Below are positions 11,600 through 26,300 of a stretch of DNA of 64,000 nt, piece by piece. The notes below the pieces were generated by a model. The model did not search any database and was not told the DNA's origin. It saw only the letters and a list, made by a program, of their open reading frames with translations. The DNA is from Aplysia californica. Its lineage: Eukaryota. How positions within the stretch are numbered: the first letter of the stretch is position 1; every line of letters begins with the position of its first letter. The position numbers and the translations under genes were made by a program. The stretch spans positions 34,304 through 98,303 of the forward strand of contig NW_004797973.1 in assembly GCF_000002075.1 (NCBI RefSeq), written 5' to 3'.

Positions 11600-14500
11600 G
11601 CCACTCACTTCACCGACAGGAAGAAGAGCGAAGAAAAGATTAATGAGGACCGGACTGGGAGTTAGAAACTTCTGTTTGTAGAGGTCAAGCTTCTTATCAA
11701 CACAGCAACCAAGGCAGGTAAGCTCGTGGAAGTGCTTGAACACATTGCAATGTGCCTATCACATACAGTACAGAGAGTGCGTGCACACGTTATCTATGAT
11801 GACATACAGCGTGCAGCAAAGCAAATGAAAAGGCCAAAGCCAAACACTTACTACACACACTTGTACTGGTCAGCACTGCAATGATAGTCCACAGAATAAT
11901 TTTTTATAACTCGACGTTTCAAGTTTTTGCGAGAGCCTTTAAAAAGTATAAAGTTTAGAACCCAGTTTGCAATTGTATTGCACTTTTTCAGTCATTCTCT
12001 TTTTTTATGTTGACTCCGTTTTGTTCACAATTCTTTTATCTTAATTTATTGCTGTTATGCAGAAACAGATTACAACAAAAAATAAGACAAAACAAGTACA
12101 GTCAGTCGTCTCAACAGACACTTTATAAAACATTCATAAAATATGTACATATACAACAGTAGACAAAATTTAAAAAAACACCTTCAGCAAACAAACGACT
12201 TACACTTACAGAAAATTTCTCTCACTCTCTCCCTCCTCTCTTTCTCCTCCCATCTCCCTCCTCTCTCTCTCTCTCAGTATTAATCTTAGGGCTTGGACTT
12301 TATCTGATAATGTATGGACGAACATAGCACATGGCGTCATTATACATCAAAGTAAACCCATTTCAATGAAAGGTTAACATGGCAAAACAAAGGAGTACGA
12401 AGGAGCAGGACAGTAGACACAGCATACTCCTGACCCATCCGTCCCTCATTTGCAAGACTGCTTCTAAAACACAAAAAAAGGACAGTGGATGACAGGAAAA
12501 CACAGTGAAGTCCACATAAAACAAATTTCCCTAATACATTGTTGTTTTAATATATTTTTAAAAGAGAATCCCAAACTGTTTCTATCTGCGTCATTCTTTA
12601 TAAGAAAAGATTTTAAAAAAACTCATTTTCAGCCAGTACCAATGTCCAGCTTCCGCAATGTAAATCCCCTGAGTACTGCAATCTAACTGGAGTGGGTTTG
12701 CAAAGAAAAACATGATCAAATTATCATGATTATTTTTTCTCACACAGTAACAACTTCAGTCACAACAAACTTAGAGAACTAAAATACTGTTTAACGCAAT
12801 ACAGCAAAATATGCAAATATATCTTCGGGGTAGAGGATACATTAATTTTATTTTTCTCCTTGCCTCAGAATGGGCATGGGAGGGAGGGGGAAAGATAAGA
12901 AAAGAGGAAGAAAGAGAGGGAGGGACACAGGGGAAGGAGGGTGAGAGATAATTACTACCTCCTGCTCCAGTCACAGCTACACAAAACCGAGATACACTCA
13001 TGGGATTTGACAGAGCTGTATGGCACTCTGTGGAAAATTTGTTCTTCTTGTGTCCAGAACTCCTCCTTCCAAAAGATTATATAAGGAGGAGTTAGGCAGT
13101 CTGGATAAGACAACAGCAGTACAAATGATTTGAACACAGCATCTGAAACTGACAACATCTTAGTCAAGGATTGCATCCTCAATAAAGGCTACTGGTTGAT
13201 TGTTGGGATGCTTCAGTTGTGCCTGTCAGGGCCAACAAGATCAGTGTGGGACACTACATTTCAGCAAAAAGACGGAGGCATTCGCTAGAATATCTTCCCC
13301 GGCATGGGAATTGTCATGGGTTATTTTTTTAACACATAATGAAATCCAACCATTACACCACAAATGCCAAAGCAGTAACTGGAAAAGGACATAATGAATA
13401 AATACAATTATACACACAATTATCAATCCACATTCCAGTGAAAATAACACACTCTTTTATCAGATTGTCCAGCACATTGTTTTGACTGCCAATTTCTTAA
13501 GACGGTTTGTAGGCAACGTGTGGTGGCTAGCGTCCAGCAAAGTAACATGATAAGGTGATTATGGGTATGGAATGACAGAAGCTGAAAACTGTGCCTTTGG
13601 TGATCAGATTGGGGAACACATCAACATGATTAAAAGATTACATGTTGACTTTACACAAAGAGAGAAAAGTACTAATGTAGAGTCCTCAAAGTAGGAATGA
13701 TTTACCCTTACTGTGAATCCCAGAGCTACCTAAACAATAACCACTGATAAACATCTTCGCAACAGCCATCCCGTGGCTGGCAGGTCAGTGAAGACCATAG
13801 CTCAAAGCAATGCTCCGTGAAAAAAAATGTGTTCACTTACAAGATTGAAATTTGAAATAATCATAGTTGTAACAAACAAGTGACTTGCAAACAAACAAGC
13901 GATGTGTTTACCTTTGCAAAATTTATGTTTGGAGACTGTGGATTAGATATAGAAAATCAGATAGGGTTGTTCAGAAAAATTCCTTAAAGTGAATATTTTC
14001 TTTGTTAGTCCTGAAAGGTGCTAAAAATTCACCAAGCTAGATTTTAGTTTTAGTTTCGATAAGAGTTTTATGACATTGGCAACACAAAGAGGTCATAAAA
14101 AGTGCCAAAGATAAGAGGTGTTTCTTCTAGAGAATATCATACAAAGATACGAAAAAGAGTTAAGCATAATGGATGTTTGATAAGAAAGAAAGATCAAACC
14201 ACACAGACACCAGAGCACCCATAGACCAAGCAAAACTATACTAGTTCACTTCCACTTATGTGTTAATAGTGAATAGAATTTGAGCTTTTGAGCTTCGAGA
14301 AAAGAGAAGCACATCGACACAATAATGGTCATTTAGATTGGAAAAAGTGAGACGGACACAGAGCACCACCCTAGAGAACTTCCTGATGTGTTGGGAAAAA
14401 AATAAATACAGAATCAATACAATGAAAGGACAAATACCAGCAAAATCACAGATAGCTAGATCAAGGACAAATAACCCCCGTAATTTCCTGCATTAAACCT

Positions 14501-15662
14501 ACTAATAATACCCCCTCCCCCCTAAAACACATGGATGTTGAGGCAAAAAGACATGATCTTGATATAATATATATGCGAGGCGAATCAAGAATCTGTTCAA
14601 GTAATGAGGAATGCAACATCAATTTAATGTTGGATAAAATTACAATAGAAATAAAAACAGTAGAAATCTAAAAAGTAAACAAAACTAACTGTTGTTGCCT
14701 TCCACCCATACAAATGTTGCAGTCTGCTTACTCAACTCAAACAGTGAAACGGTGTGAAGATAACATCCAAGACTGCACTGCTCAAATGTTCAATTTACAT
14801 CTCCCATAACTCTCCTAAACCGATCAAGCACTCTGCTCCAGTCTACAGGACCCATTCATTCAGTTTAAACAATAGCACGGTGCCACAATTTTGACTATTC
14901 AAATGAACACAGACCACAAACCTTTCTGATGGGAACTCTCTTCTATCATGAAAGAAAAGTATCAGGGCAAAAAGTAAGTACTGCATCAATAGCTCACGGG
15001 ATAACACATAAATACAGCGCATCTCCACTCCCGCATAGAGAAACATCACATTCGATTCGGCCAAACTGTCGGTGTTCAAAGTCAAAGCAACATGCAAAAG
15101 CTCTCAAAACAGTAACATACATACCCTTCTCCCAACTTAGTTTGAAATCTGGAGCACACATACAGCCTTATAGGTGGAAACATTCTGAGCAAGGAAAAGT
15201 ATGCTTCAATATAATAATATAGTAGATATAAATAACCAAGGTCTTTAATACGTAAGTATTCTAACATTGAAATAATAGATGCATAATTTGCTTTTATGCC
15301 AACAGTTCTGCAAGTGGCCGTTACAACTAAATTAAACACCCAAATATTGGTAAATTAAAATTTCCTGCGGCATCTTCTGTAACATCAAGATTCGGACAAC
15401 TCACGACTAGTTCCAGAACTAGAAACATGTCATGTTCGGAATTACATGGTACAGCACAAGTACTATTCACAGATAGCAAGCAACATATAATGACTTTAGA
15501 TTTTGAACAAAAAACCCTTTAAAAACAAAGAACAACAGCGGAGTCCGTTTAATCTGATATCCACAGGACCGCTGGATTTTGGGGGGTTTCACTGTGTTTT
15601 GGGTTTAGGGAGGTTGTTCAAATAGTTAAGAAAAAAATCAGTTCTATTTTCATACGGTTTAA

Positions 15663-16324
15663 CCCTTAAAACCCTGAATTCTTTTTTTTCATACCTCCCT
15701 AGAATCCTGAATTAAAATTGAGATACTAGAAAAAATTAGGTTGGTTCATTATTTTCTTTACTGTGTCTTTGTTGTTAGATTTTACTGAAGTTTGAAAATG
15801 TTATTTATATATATATGAATGCACAGTCTGAACAAAAGGGTAAAAGGTTAAAACACTGGTTTTTAGGACCAACTCTATGAGTTAAGTCTTGTGTGTGATC
15901 CCCGACTCCACTTCAGTCAAAGTATCATTAGACCCAGCCGTAGATCTAGCCTCTGGTAGCTTTAATGGTGATCCCCTGCCAATTCCACTATCGTCAAAAT
16001 CATCATCGATGTTATGCGGAACATTGCAATCGTTTTCAACGGTCATATTTATTGATATATCCGACTGGGAGATCATTATTGGGGTCTGGTTAGGATAAAA
16101 AATGTCAAAAATTTTGCGGTCTGAAGGGCCTGGCAGCCAAAAGTGACTAATTTTTCTTTAAAAATCGCAAAATTTCCAAACTTTCGGTGTAGAACTGCTC
16201 TCATGACATTATCGGTACTTTCTGCTTGCAACAGAGTCATCTGGAGTTACATCCCCTGTTTCTAGCACTGGGAATTAAACGATAAAGTCGACCAGCAGTT
16301 ACCAGCGGTATAGGGTTTTAAAGG
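15663..16324. mobile_element. piggyBac-like non-autonomous element
   Basis: TTAA|CCCTTAAAACCCT ... AGGGTTTTAAAGG|TTAA; internal acidic ORF remnant (DDDFDDSG) on the minus strand. Confidence 0.7.
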
Positions 16325-16940
16325 TTAAGGCTGTTTTTGGATTAACTGTGTTTGGTTTAAGTGAGCAGACTCCACTTATTTGCATTTCTATTACATAAAA
16401 CAATGTATAAGGCAGTGCAAAGCTATAACAGTTACAAATCATAAGCAATTAATCGACTGCCCTTCAGATGGAAATGTACCTATTGGTAGGAATTTAGAAC
16501 TTCAACTTAGAAACAGTAGCTTGAAAAAGCATGAAAACATAAAAGTGGAGGTGAAGTTTTACTGAAAAATATATAACGTTTTAGATTGAATTCGTGTCCT
16601 AGTCTCTGTGACAAAAGTTTAAAAAGTCCGTTGTGATCAATAATGTTTCCTGCTTTCAAAGCTCAGAAGTAAAATCAGCTAAGCATCAAAATAATGAAAA
16701 AGTATTCTAAAGAGGAAGATAGGTGATCAACTTTTGCTGAAGAAAGCAATAAAAGTATTTGTTTTCATAACTATTTTTTTTTTTAAACCCACAGAAGAAC
16801 CAATAAATGTCCTTATTTTATGCACGTTGAAACTATGGATATGTGAGGCTTGTGACACACTTTGGCTGTAAAAATAAAATATTCAAACGGTGAGCCCATA
16901 GTATGAGAAGTCAATTCAGCTCACAGCTCTGACAAAGTAC

Positions 16941-16946
16941 TTTATT
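16941..16946 (-). other. Candidate proximal polyadenylation signal AATAAA of GPAA1
   Basis: AATAAA on the minus strand about 125 nt after the stop; more distal hexamers also exist. Confidence 0.35.
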
Positions 16947-17070
16947 TCTCAAAGCACAAGTTACTGCCAGGGACCACAAACTGCACGATGGTAATGAAAT
17001 AGAGACAGGCTCGTGGTTCCACCGGTGTAACTGTTGATGACGCAGACAAAGAGACAAACTTTCACATTTC

Positions 17071-17329
17071 CTAAGGTTCCGCCCAGGGAATGGCCCAAAA
17101 GAAAAGCCAAATAGGAAAGACAATGGCGGTGATGACGGACTCAGTCCAGGCATTGAAGAGATAATTGTCCATGACGCTGAGGAAGATAAGCTCCTTGGTA
17201 GAGTTGAAAGCCTCCAGGAACAGACTGAACACGTCCGGCTGTGGCCACACAGTGATGAAGCCCACTAGGAACATGAGCATTAGAGGAGAGACCAGGACCA
17301 GGGCAAACATTTGCACCCAACGCAGGAAT
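17071..17329 (-). CDS. GPAA1: GPAA1 last coding exon (...VFPIWLFFWAIPWAEP*)
   Basis: CAG acceptor; C-terminal PxWLxFW motif typical of GPAA1; TAG stop. Confidence 0.93.
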
Positions 17330-20300
17330 CTGGGGAGAAGGTAGCAACAGAAAAAAAAAATTCATGTCAGAGAGCAAACTTTATTTAGCATCTCATAATA
17401 ATATAAAAACAGTTGAGAAGCACGCTGTCATCAGCCTTAGTAGAGGTCATATGGAATAAATGCCTTTATTTACCAGCAAGAGAAAATTTGGGTTACCATA
17501 GCATATTACAAATGAAACACTCAATAGGTTGGAAGCCACAAATACACATCACACCCCGTAGCCTAATGATATCATCAACAAATAATTTCACAAACACATC
17601 ATTGCAAATTGGCGTATGGCAATGCTGTTTCATGAGCTTGCATTGTCATGTATTACTCCAAAGGGCATCCATCTAGAAGCCACGTAAACAATTTTGCTTG
17701 ATATTATTAGCAAACCTCTGCCTAAATAATGATGAGACCATATGATGTGATAGGACCATAGCAGAAGTAGGAAAATGTTGCAATTATTGAATAATCAAGC
17801 AATGCAGCTCTTGTCAGTTTGATCAAATAATTAGCCAAATTATCTAAATCCGTATGTGTACTAACCACCCACACCAACAACTGTTTTTTCTGCATTTTCC
17901 GGTCACTATTTTCTTAATCATTTTTTTAGTCTATTAAGATGTTTTCTTCAAATTTGGCATGTATGTAGATCTACTTCAAAATGTTGCACCAGTCACTAAA
18001 GAATTAGATATGGGGTACTAGCTATTATTGCATTTTTATTATGGTCTAACTTATCCATCCCGATCCCTCACCCATTTTTTATCATTCGAGTTTTGAGTTG
18101 CACTGCCACCTTAAAAAATTCTCACAGATATATTCTATCCCGTCAGTGACCTATGGCAACATGTCTACTAGGGGACTGAACAGAAAAATTAGACTTATCA
18201 TGCAAAAAAAAAATTATAAAGAAAATTCTACCCTTCCCATGAAAAAGCAAAAAATCTAATATGGCTGTCGTTTCCATGGCAACATGAAGAGTTGAGAGAA
18301 TTTTAAATTTCGACTCTACACAGCACTACATAAGGTATAATATTTAAGTGGCACTCCAAAAGCATTTCTCTCAGTAAGAAAGAATATGCACTAAAAAATT
18401 TGCCTTCCTCCTTGATACTGCCGATCATAATTATTAGGGTCGCAGTACTGCGGACCTTTGTGAATGTTGTTGGCCAAATCCAAATGCAGCTGTCATGGTC
18501 TCAAAGAAGTAAACAAATACAGTGACTCACTGACATTGTGCCTCACCTGTATGAGCTAGGCCTGACAAAAGTGGTGACTGGAACCATGAAGGCTGTGAGG
18601 AAAAATGCTTGCGAGATGTTGGTAAGAGAGATGCTGGCTAAGGCCAAACTTTGGCTGATTAGACCAATTGACTTGAGCAAACGCCAGTCCACGATGAGCC
18701 GATTGGGGTTACCAGATTTCCTGCAAAGAAGACATAATTCTATTATCAGACGAATGCAAAATTTGAAGACAAAAGCTCTATGTAAGCACTTCCTATCATT
18801 GGTCAAGTAAAGCAAGCTAAAATGGTATGGCCATGTCACCCGTTTTCAGGCCTGGCTATAACCATTCTACAAGGCACGGCACAGGGAAGATGAAGGAGAG
18901 GCAGACAAAATACCAGGAGCCCATTACGGATGGGATCAGGTAGGGTCTATCACCCAAACTGTTGCATGAAAACAAACGCGTCGAGTGATTGGTTTATGCC
19001 ACGACAGCCGCTTTGCGTCCTAAATCTGGCAAGCAAACCAACTTGACCCGGTCGTGCCAATGGGCACCCGGTATAAGGAGAGATGGGAGGATAACATCTG
19101 AGAATGGACAGTCGTGGACCTGCGGGACACACTGAGGAAAGCAGAGAGTCAAGAGGAGAGGAGGAGATTTGTTGTTATATGTCAGAGGCAACAAAACTGA
19201 TGACAAATCTTCGCAAGCAGGGAAAGAAAAAATTTGATGAGATATTCCTACTGTTCTTAACTATCCCTGTGGAAAAGTAACGTCAGAGACAACGACTTTA
19301 ACGACATTTGTTATTACACTTAAAAGATAAGAATAGATCAACTTCCTCTCAAGGTGTTCTGCTGAAGGCAATCTGATCCTTAGTGTCTTGGTCTTCTCTG
19401 GATGCATTTTAAGGCCTGTGATCTGTAAGATAATTACTAGATCTCTTGTTTTCTCCATCATGTGTAGGTGACTGAGACAGAATGTGCTAGAAGGAAAATA
19501 CTTAAAAATGGAACAGGAAAGAAGTAAGGAAATTCATCCAAAAGTCTAATAGATATATACATCTTCGCATTTTCTATTTCCACTGGAAACTTCGTTTCAT
19601 CGCACACAGATTTACGGACTGAAGAACCGGAGAAGCCCAAAAGCCGCTTAGGCTCAACCCTCAATCAGGACCAAGAGAAAAAAAAAGGCAGGAGAGCGCT
19701 TGGGAGTCATGACACAAGTGTGGCCCGGCCCCCTTAGAGTGTCAGGTATTTAAGGCCGAAACACTTGCTTGAAGGGGGTTCTTCCACTGAAGATCTCTTG
19801 CTGTCCGTTCACCCCATGAGTTTTCTCTCACACAGTACAAAATAAAACGCAGTAGAGCAACCTACAGGACACTTCTCCTCGCCAGTCTCTGGGGTGCTGT
19901 ACATTACAAGCTTGACCAGTCATAAGGAAGTGTGAGATTGAACCTCACAGAACAATTATTTTCCTCAATCTTCCTAGCATATTTTGTAACTTCCTGGAAT
20001 CCTACAGGAGGGACAGAGAGCTTAGCATTCGAAATGACGCATATTGCGTTCAGAATAGACAAAATATCCTGTAGAAAAACCATATAAAACAAACAACCCC
20101 TGAGCCTTAGCAGGCGAGTTCAGAAAACAGCAGACCTGGTCATGAGTTTTGGGTACATGAGTGCGGCCGTGTAGATGGCCAGCATGCTGTAAAGCACCAT
20201 GTCCTCTGTGTGGATGCGGAACTTGGGCATGATGCGAGTCAGCAGCTCGGGGCCCTGGTAGGCCAGCCAGCCCAGCAGCAAGCAGACCAAAATCACTGGT

Positions 20301-23300
20301 ATCACTGTCAAAATACCTGTGGTGGAGATGGGGTCCTGGGTGGAAAATATAGAGTAAAAATCTTATAATTATATTGTAGCGCTTGAAAGAGAAAAACTCT
20401 TAAAAGGGTTGAGTAGAACTTGAAACAAGAAAAATATAAAAGAAAAATATGTGGTACCGACACTTGTTCATGTTTTATCTGGATATCAAATACTATGAGC
20501 TTCCTGATAATGACACCCTAAAAGATGTGTGATGCAGGTGTTGCTTGGCGATTTAAAATGAGCAGCCAATAGGTTTACAACAATAGTCTGACAGCCTCAA
20601 AATCACCGACCTGCAATGTTCCTAATCAAACAAAAAAAGAGCATAAAAATAGAGTATAAATCCCCAGCCTTCAAGCATCATGACCATGACAGCCAGCTGT
20701 TTCCTCTTCCTATACGACATAACTGTGACCCCAGAGTGACAGAGATCAGCGCATTGTATCAAGCACATTCTAATTTGGGTTGGGGGAGAATATTCTTTAA
20801 TTTTACCACAGGGTGCAATCCTTAAATAAATATACATATACACCGTTAAATGAGACGTCTGAAAAATAATGTGAAAAAATAGATTCAAACCGAAAAGTCA
20901 TAACTCCATTATTCCTTTCTGTTTCTTTCATTACAAACTTTATTTGTATGTATGTCTAGAATGCTAAATTTTGTAAGCATCTTTGCATAAGTAGTGACAG
21001 TATGACTTTAAAAAATATCCTTCAAAAGGCTGGTCCCTTAGGTTCATTCAACCAAAATGGCTGGTAATCAGTAAGTTGAACCTTGTGATACAGAAGACAC
21101 GGATGAGTAGACCTGAAGTTTACAGAATGTCAGAGCAAAAATAGCAATGCTTGAAAAATCATGAGATTATCACTTACCATCTCATCATCTTCCTCCTCTG
21201 CATCCTGCTCCGACTTGTCAGCATCAGCTTTTGTTTTGCTTTTTTCACTACCTGAAGGAACAGACAAAACTTGATTTCATAAATCGCTTTTTCTCTTTTA
21301 TTTTCTCCTGCTTTCTCTCCTTATCATACAAAAATCAATGTCACTTCGTCACAATATGAACAAATAGGCTTATTCATAAATAACAAAAAATGCATGAATA
21401 AATAGGGTCTCTCTTTCTTTTACCTTCTCTCTCCCGTGAGCAAACAACACACAAACGTATGCTTTTAAATGAATTTATTATGAATGTGCCCCGACAAAGA
21501 AAAGATTTTAAAAATAACCTGGCAAGTTCGTTAATGAGCAAGTCTTTCAATTCCAAAAGACAGAAAAGATGCATGTTAGTAGATTAAGTTCAATAGAAAA
21601 TTTTATGCTCCGATGATTCTTTGCTTCACTATCAAACTGAGTGATGCTTCAATTATTCCTGAACAAAATAAAAAACATCCTACCATCCAAACTAGTACCA
21701 GCAGGGTCAGCCTCTTTCTCTTTTTCCACAGCATTTGCAGCAGCTTCATCACCTGAGATCAGCCACAGCGCAATGCCATAGAGAGAGTCAAGGTCAATTT
21801 TCAATGTAATCTACCAACTTAGACAGTCAGAAGTAAACAATAATAATAAACAAAACTTTGAAGGTAAAAAATCCTAGAGAGTCAGAAAAAACTCAGTGTT
21901 ACACCAACATTAGGAGAACAAAGTTTGAAAAAAAGTAAATAATGGATGACAGATAATAAAGGTTCAAACTGAAATGTAAACTAATAAGCAGACAAGTCTG
22001 ACAAGCTTTAGTTTAAGTAACGTTTTCCCAAAACCTTAGAAAAAGCCCCCAAGATCCTGTTTCATCTCGCACATCCATAAAATAGGAAAACTGTAACTAA
22101 CAGAATCAGACTTAATGTTCCTCTTCTAGATCTAGGACACTTAACGTATTGATGACAACAGGTGAACAATTTTCCCCTTGAGGTTGAAAAATCTTGGTAA
22201 GAAAAGAGACAAATTGTTTTTCTACTATTTTTCCACGACCAAAACAAATCTGTGACAAGGTCACAGAAAAAAAAAGGATATTGTGATGAGTCCTGCTGCA
22301 GCCATCAGACCAAATGGTGGCATGTACATGCCGATAGATACGTAGCGGTTGGTTGAAGGAAGGATGTAGAAGAAGAAGGACTGATGAAATCGTTCCATCA
22401 AGTTGTTCAAGCTTCTAAACACTCCTTCAATGATTCTGCAGGCAAGAAAAGACACACAAAAATTTGAAACATGAAAAGCAAACCATTTAGCACGTGTCCA
22501 GACCTTGTTTAATGTTATGAGGGTAGAGGTATGCAGACTGGTTCACGGAGCAAGAAAAAGCTGATCTACTCAAGCCTTTCATAAGACAAGAAATGCCTTT
22601 GTGAAAATCGTACAGGTTCAATCTTGGTCCTGAGACAATTAAGAGGCGGTGGTAGCTGAGGGTTATCTTGCTTATTTGTGGGCCACATTTGACCATTTCA
22701 CTTATGTAAAATAGTGTGAATTTTACAAAAGTACAATGTTTATTATTTTATTTTAAAGATTCGTTGCCATGGAAACAGCATCCATATTGAAATTCCTTGA
22801 TGTGTCAAATAAGTTAATATTTCACTTATTTTCAAAGGAAATAAATTGTCATTTTGCATGCATGGTGAGAAACAACGGCTCTTCAAACCAGTCTGTTGAA
22901 TTTTTCCAAAACAAGTTTTGAAACTTTTAAATTAATTAAATTCATTTAAAATAATTTTTTGTTACTGAAGTAATATTCAGGGCTGAAAAAAGTCAGTGAA
23001 ACTTTACACTCCAGACACCATCAACAAAAATCTATTCCATATATGGGAGGCATCATGGTGAAATCAGACACCTGTCAAAACAATTAAATTGATGAAACAA
23101 GCATTTTTCTGCTGGTTTGCAAGTCTTATTGAATGTTTGTATTTTTGGCTCAACACCCTTTTTACCTATTTAAAAACACATTTCGATGCGAAGTTTATGG
23201 AAAAACGTTGATTTAAGGTGCAAAATAAATTTACATTTTCAGTTTTGAACGACTCTCAAGCTATTGAAGTGGCCATTTTCTCGCTAATTTTACCTCAGTA

Positions 23301-26300
23301 ACAAGGTGGCCCCCATCAATCACAAATATTTCCGTTTCTACCCAAGATAGATGGAGATTCTTTTCATCCAAAACAAGGCAAATGAATAAACTTTACAATG
23401 ATACCAATAACTCCACATGCCCAAAAATTGACGAGCTCAAACTAAATGAGCTGAGTAAAAATAAATACCTCGCTGAGGCTGTCAGATCATGAATTCTTGT
23501 ACTCTTCTTGTCTTTCACTCCCTCGAGAGTTAAAGCCTCAATGTGGAACCTATGGAACAATCCGTGGTTTCCAGAGGGAGCACCACTAGCCTGGTACCAC
23601 ATCATCCGCATCATGGTAGTAAGGGCAGTCTTGTACTCCTGGAAAGACTCGCCATTTCCCTCACCGTAGTAACTACGAAGTTTTGGTTCCTAAATGGACA
23701 TATACAACAATTTATTTAGAGTGCTACTTCTCACTAGGGACTTCATAATACTACCCCCCCCAAAAAAAAACCCCAAAACAAAACAACCAACAACGCTAAA
23801 ACAAAAAGTAATTTTTTCTTAATTTGCGAGAGTCACTTTATCATGCCACAAGAAAAGTGGCAGCAAATGCACTCTGTCAATGTACCCATTTATTACACTA
23901 TTTTCTTTGATTGCCATACAAATACATTTGGAAACATGGGGAAAAATAAATCTCCAGTCCGAGGCTGGAATATTTTGAAAAGATTATCGGAGGCTCCTCA
24001 GCTCTAACCATAAAAAAACAAACTTTGAGCATTGCAAACATCGAGTGATTAGATTTAATGTTTTGGGATACTTCAAATGAGTATGAGGGTAGAAAGATAT
24101 TTTGAAAAATGTCCTTGGATCATAAAGGAATTCTTTTCTTTGAGTATGATGAACTACACACACACACAAAGAAAAGAGGACAGAACCTCTCATTTACATA
24201 AAAATCATACGGAAACAGGACATCTCAAATCTGTTCAATTACAAGAAGGGGGGGGGGGAGAAAGAATCCATCTCCTTTTATTTCTTTATCTTGGAATTTG
24301 ATTGAAACAAAAATTTAAAAACAAAATAAAGAAGACAAGGACATACATTGCTTTTTTTTTTTAAATTGATCATGACAATAAAAGAATGAAACAGTGAAAA
24401 ACTTTTGAGAGGTGCCGAAAATATGCCATCTATAAACAAATGAACATAACAACAGCTCTGGCCATACCATGGTGTGATGCAAGGTGACCTGGCCCCTCTC
24501 CTTGCGGCACAGCTTGACCACCAGGTTGACCAGATCCAGGTTAGGCAGCTGACCATTGAGACCCTCCAGCTTGAGGTTGTAGTAGCTCACCTTCTCCAGT
24601 GGCAGCTCCAGGTTGATGGCTGCCTGGATGGGACCACTGCGACCCTCCAGATGTTCACTTACAATGTCTGCAATATGATTGAAATTTTTAAAAAAGACTA
24701 AATTTCTGTGGTCTCCGACTGAACTTAAAGTTGTGAAAAGATTATTATTAAATAGGAAAATGACAAAAACGCAACGGAAAAAGGAAACGCGAGGTGTAAT
24801 CTCTGGCCATGATAGGTTTGCTTTGGAGTGTTGTACAAATTCGGCATTTCGGGGGCTTATTATTTTTTTTTCATGGGGGAATGAGCAAGAGTAAGCCTAC
24901 ATTGATATTCAAAATATGCTTGTAAATGTTTTGATCTATGTATTGTAGAGTATGTCATGTATAATAATTACTGTTGAATACTTTCATGAATAAAAAAAAT
25001 GTATGTGTGAGAAAGGCCAAGAGAATCGATAGCGAGACATGTTCAGCTGACCAGTGTGAACAAACCTGCTGAAAGTATCTCCATAAAAAGCGCTATTTCT
25101 CCTAGTGTAATGACGGTAGAAACAAAATTCCAGCTCTCCTCTAGGCAGAATTGGGAAGGGAAATAATATATTGACCTTATATAAAATTTGAGATCGTTTT
25201 CCGAAATGAACTAACTAGTATACGGAACAAAACTATAAAACCGAGTTATCTTGGTTGTGGGGTTGAACGCAGCCCGCAAGCTGACCAAGATATCTCGGTC
25301 ACGGGATTGAAAGAGTCAATGAATACATTTGGGGACTACAATTGACGGCTGTTACAACAGTGGTCATCTTAAAGATATTAAAATGCACAAAAAATTAACT
25401 CTACAAGTCAAAAAGAATCAACAAGACTCACATTCAGATTTTGACTCATGGTAGGCATCCAACCATGCTGTGGTTCCGACCTCATCATAGTCCGTGAAGA
25501 GAAAGATCACGTCTTTGGACCAATATGCTTTCTCTGAAATAAAATACTTTGTGTTAAACAAGAAATACTTACACATCAAAGGCTCCCAGAGGGACGTGCG
25601 ATCCGTTTCATGGTGGAAAAAGCCCACATGAACTTTTATAATCTTATGAATGTGTTTCATTTCTACATTTTTCCAGTCTTCTTCACTCTTTCAACAAGGC
25701 AAGCTCAGCCTCCGAGATGATCTTCTTGTATACATGTTGTAAGACGGTAAACTCATACAAAAACTAAATCAAAACCTTTGGACAGCGGGCATATATTGTC
25801 AGTATTAAAACTGTCATCCATTGTCAGGGAGAAATGAAGTCCTCTTCGACAGGGGATGCCTTACAGTGTCACTGTAATGTTAAAGAAAACACACAGGGGG
25901 AAAAGGGAAGCGGCCGTTTGTATAGGTGATTGTCTGATATACAGGGGGCGGTTCGAGCGGGTTGGACTGTATACAGAAATAAAGTGACAGAAATTTGTTG
26001 CTGACATTTTATTCAACTTAGTACATTAAAAAATGATGACTACATTTTCCACAAAAACGGTTTATTCAAAGTATTTATGTAACAATCTATTTTGATAATT
26101 AACAAACACTTATCTAATGTACCCAAAGTTTAAAGTAACCTAATATTTATGTTCTCATTTGTATCCACTTTAAAAAAAAACAACAGCAAAAGATTAAAAT
26201 GATACATTAAAATGAACTTATATTGTTTTGTCAAAACATCTTTCACTATAAAACAGTAGAAAGTCCAAGTACAAATATGAAAAAGGTTTTAATAGGACCC

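Noticed and set aside
24474-24701. Plus-strand ORF antisense to GPAA1 exon 6
   Set aside because: Shadow ORF caused by codon bias of the real exon.
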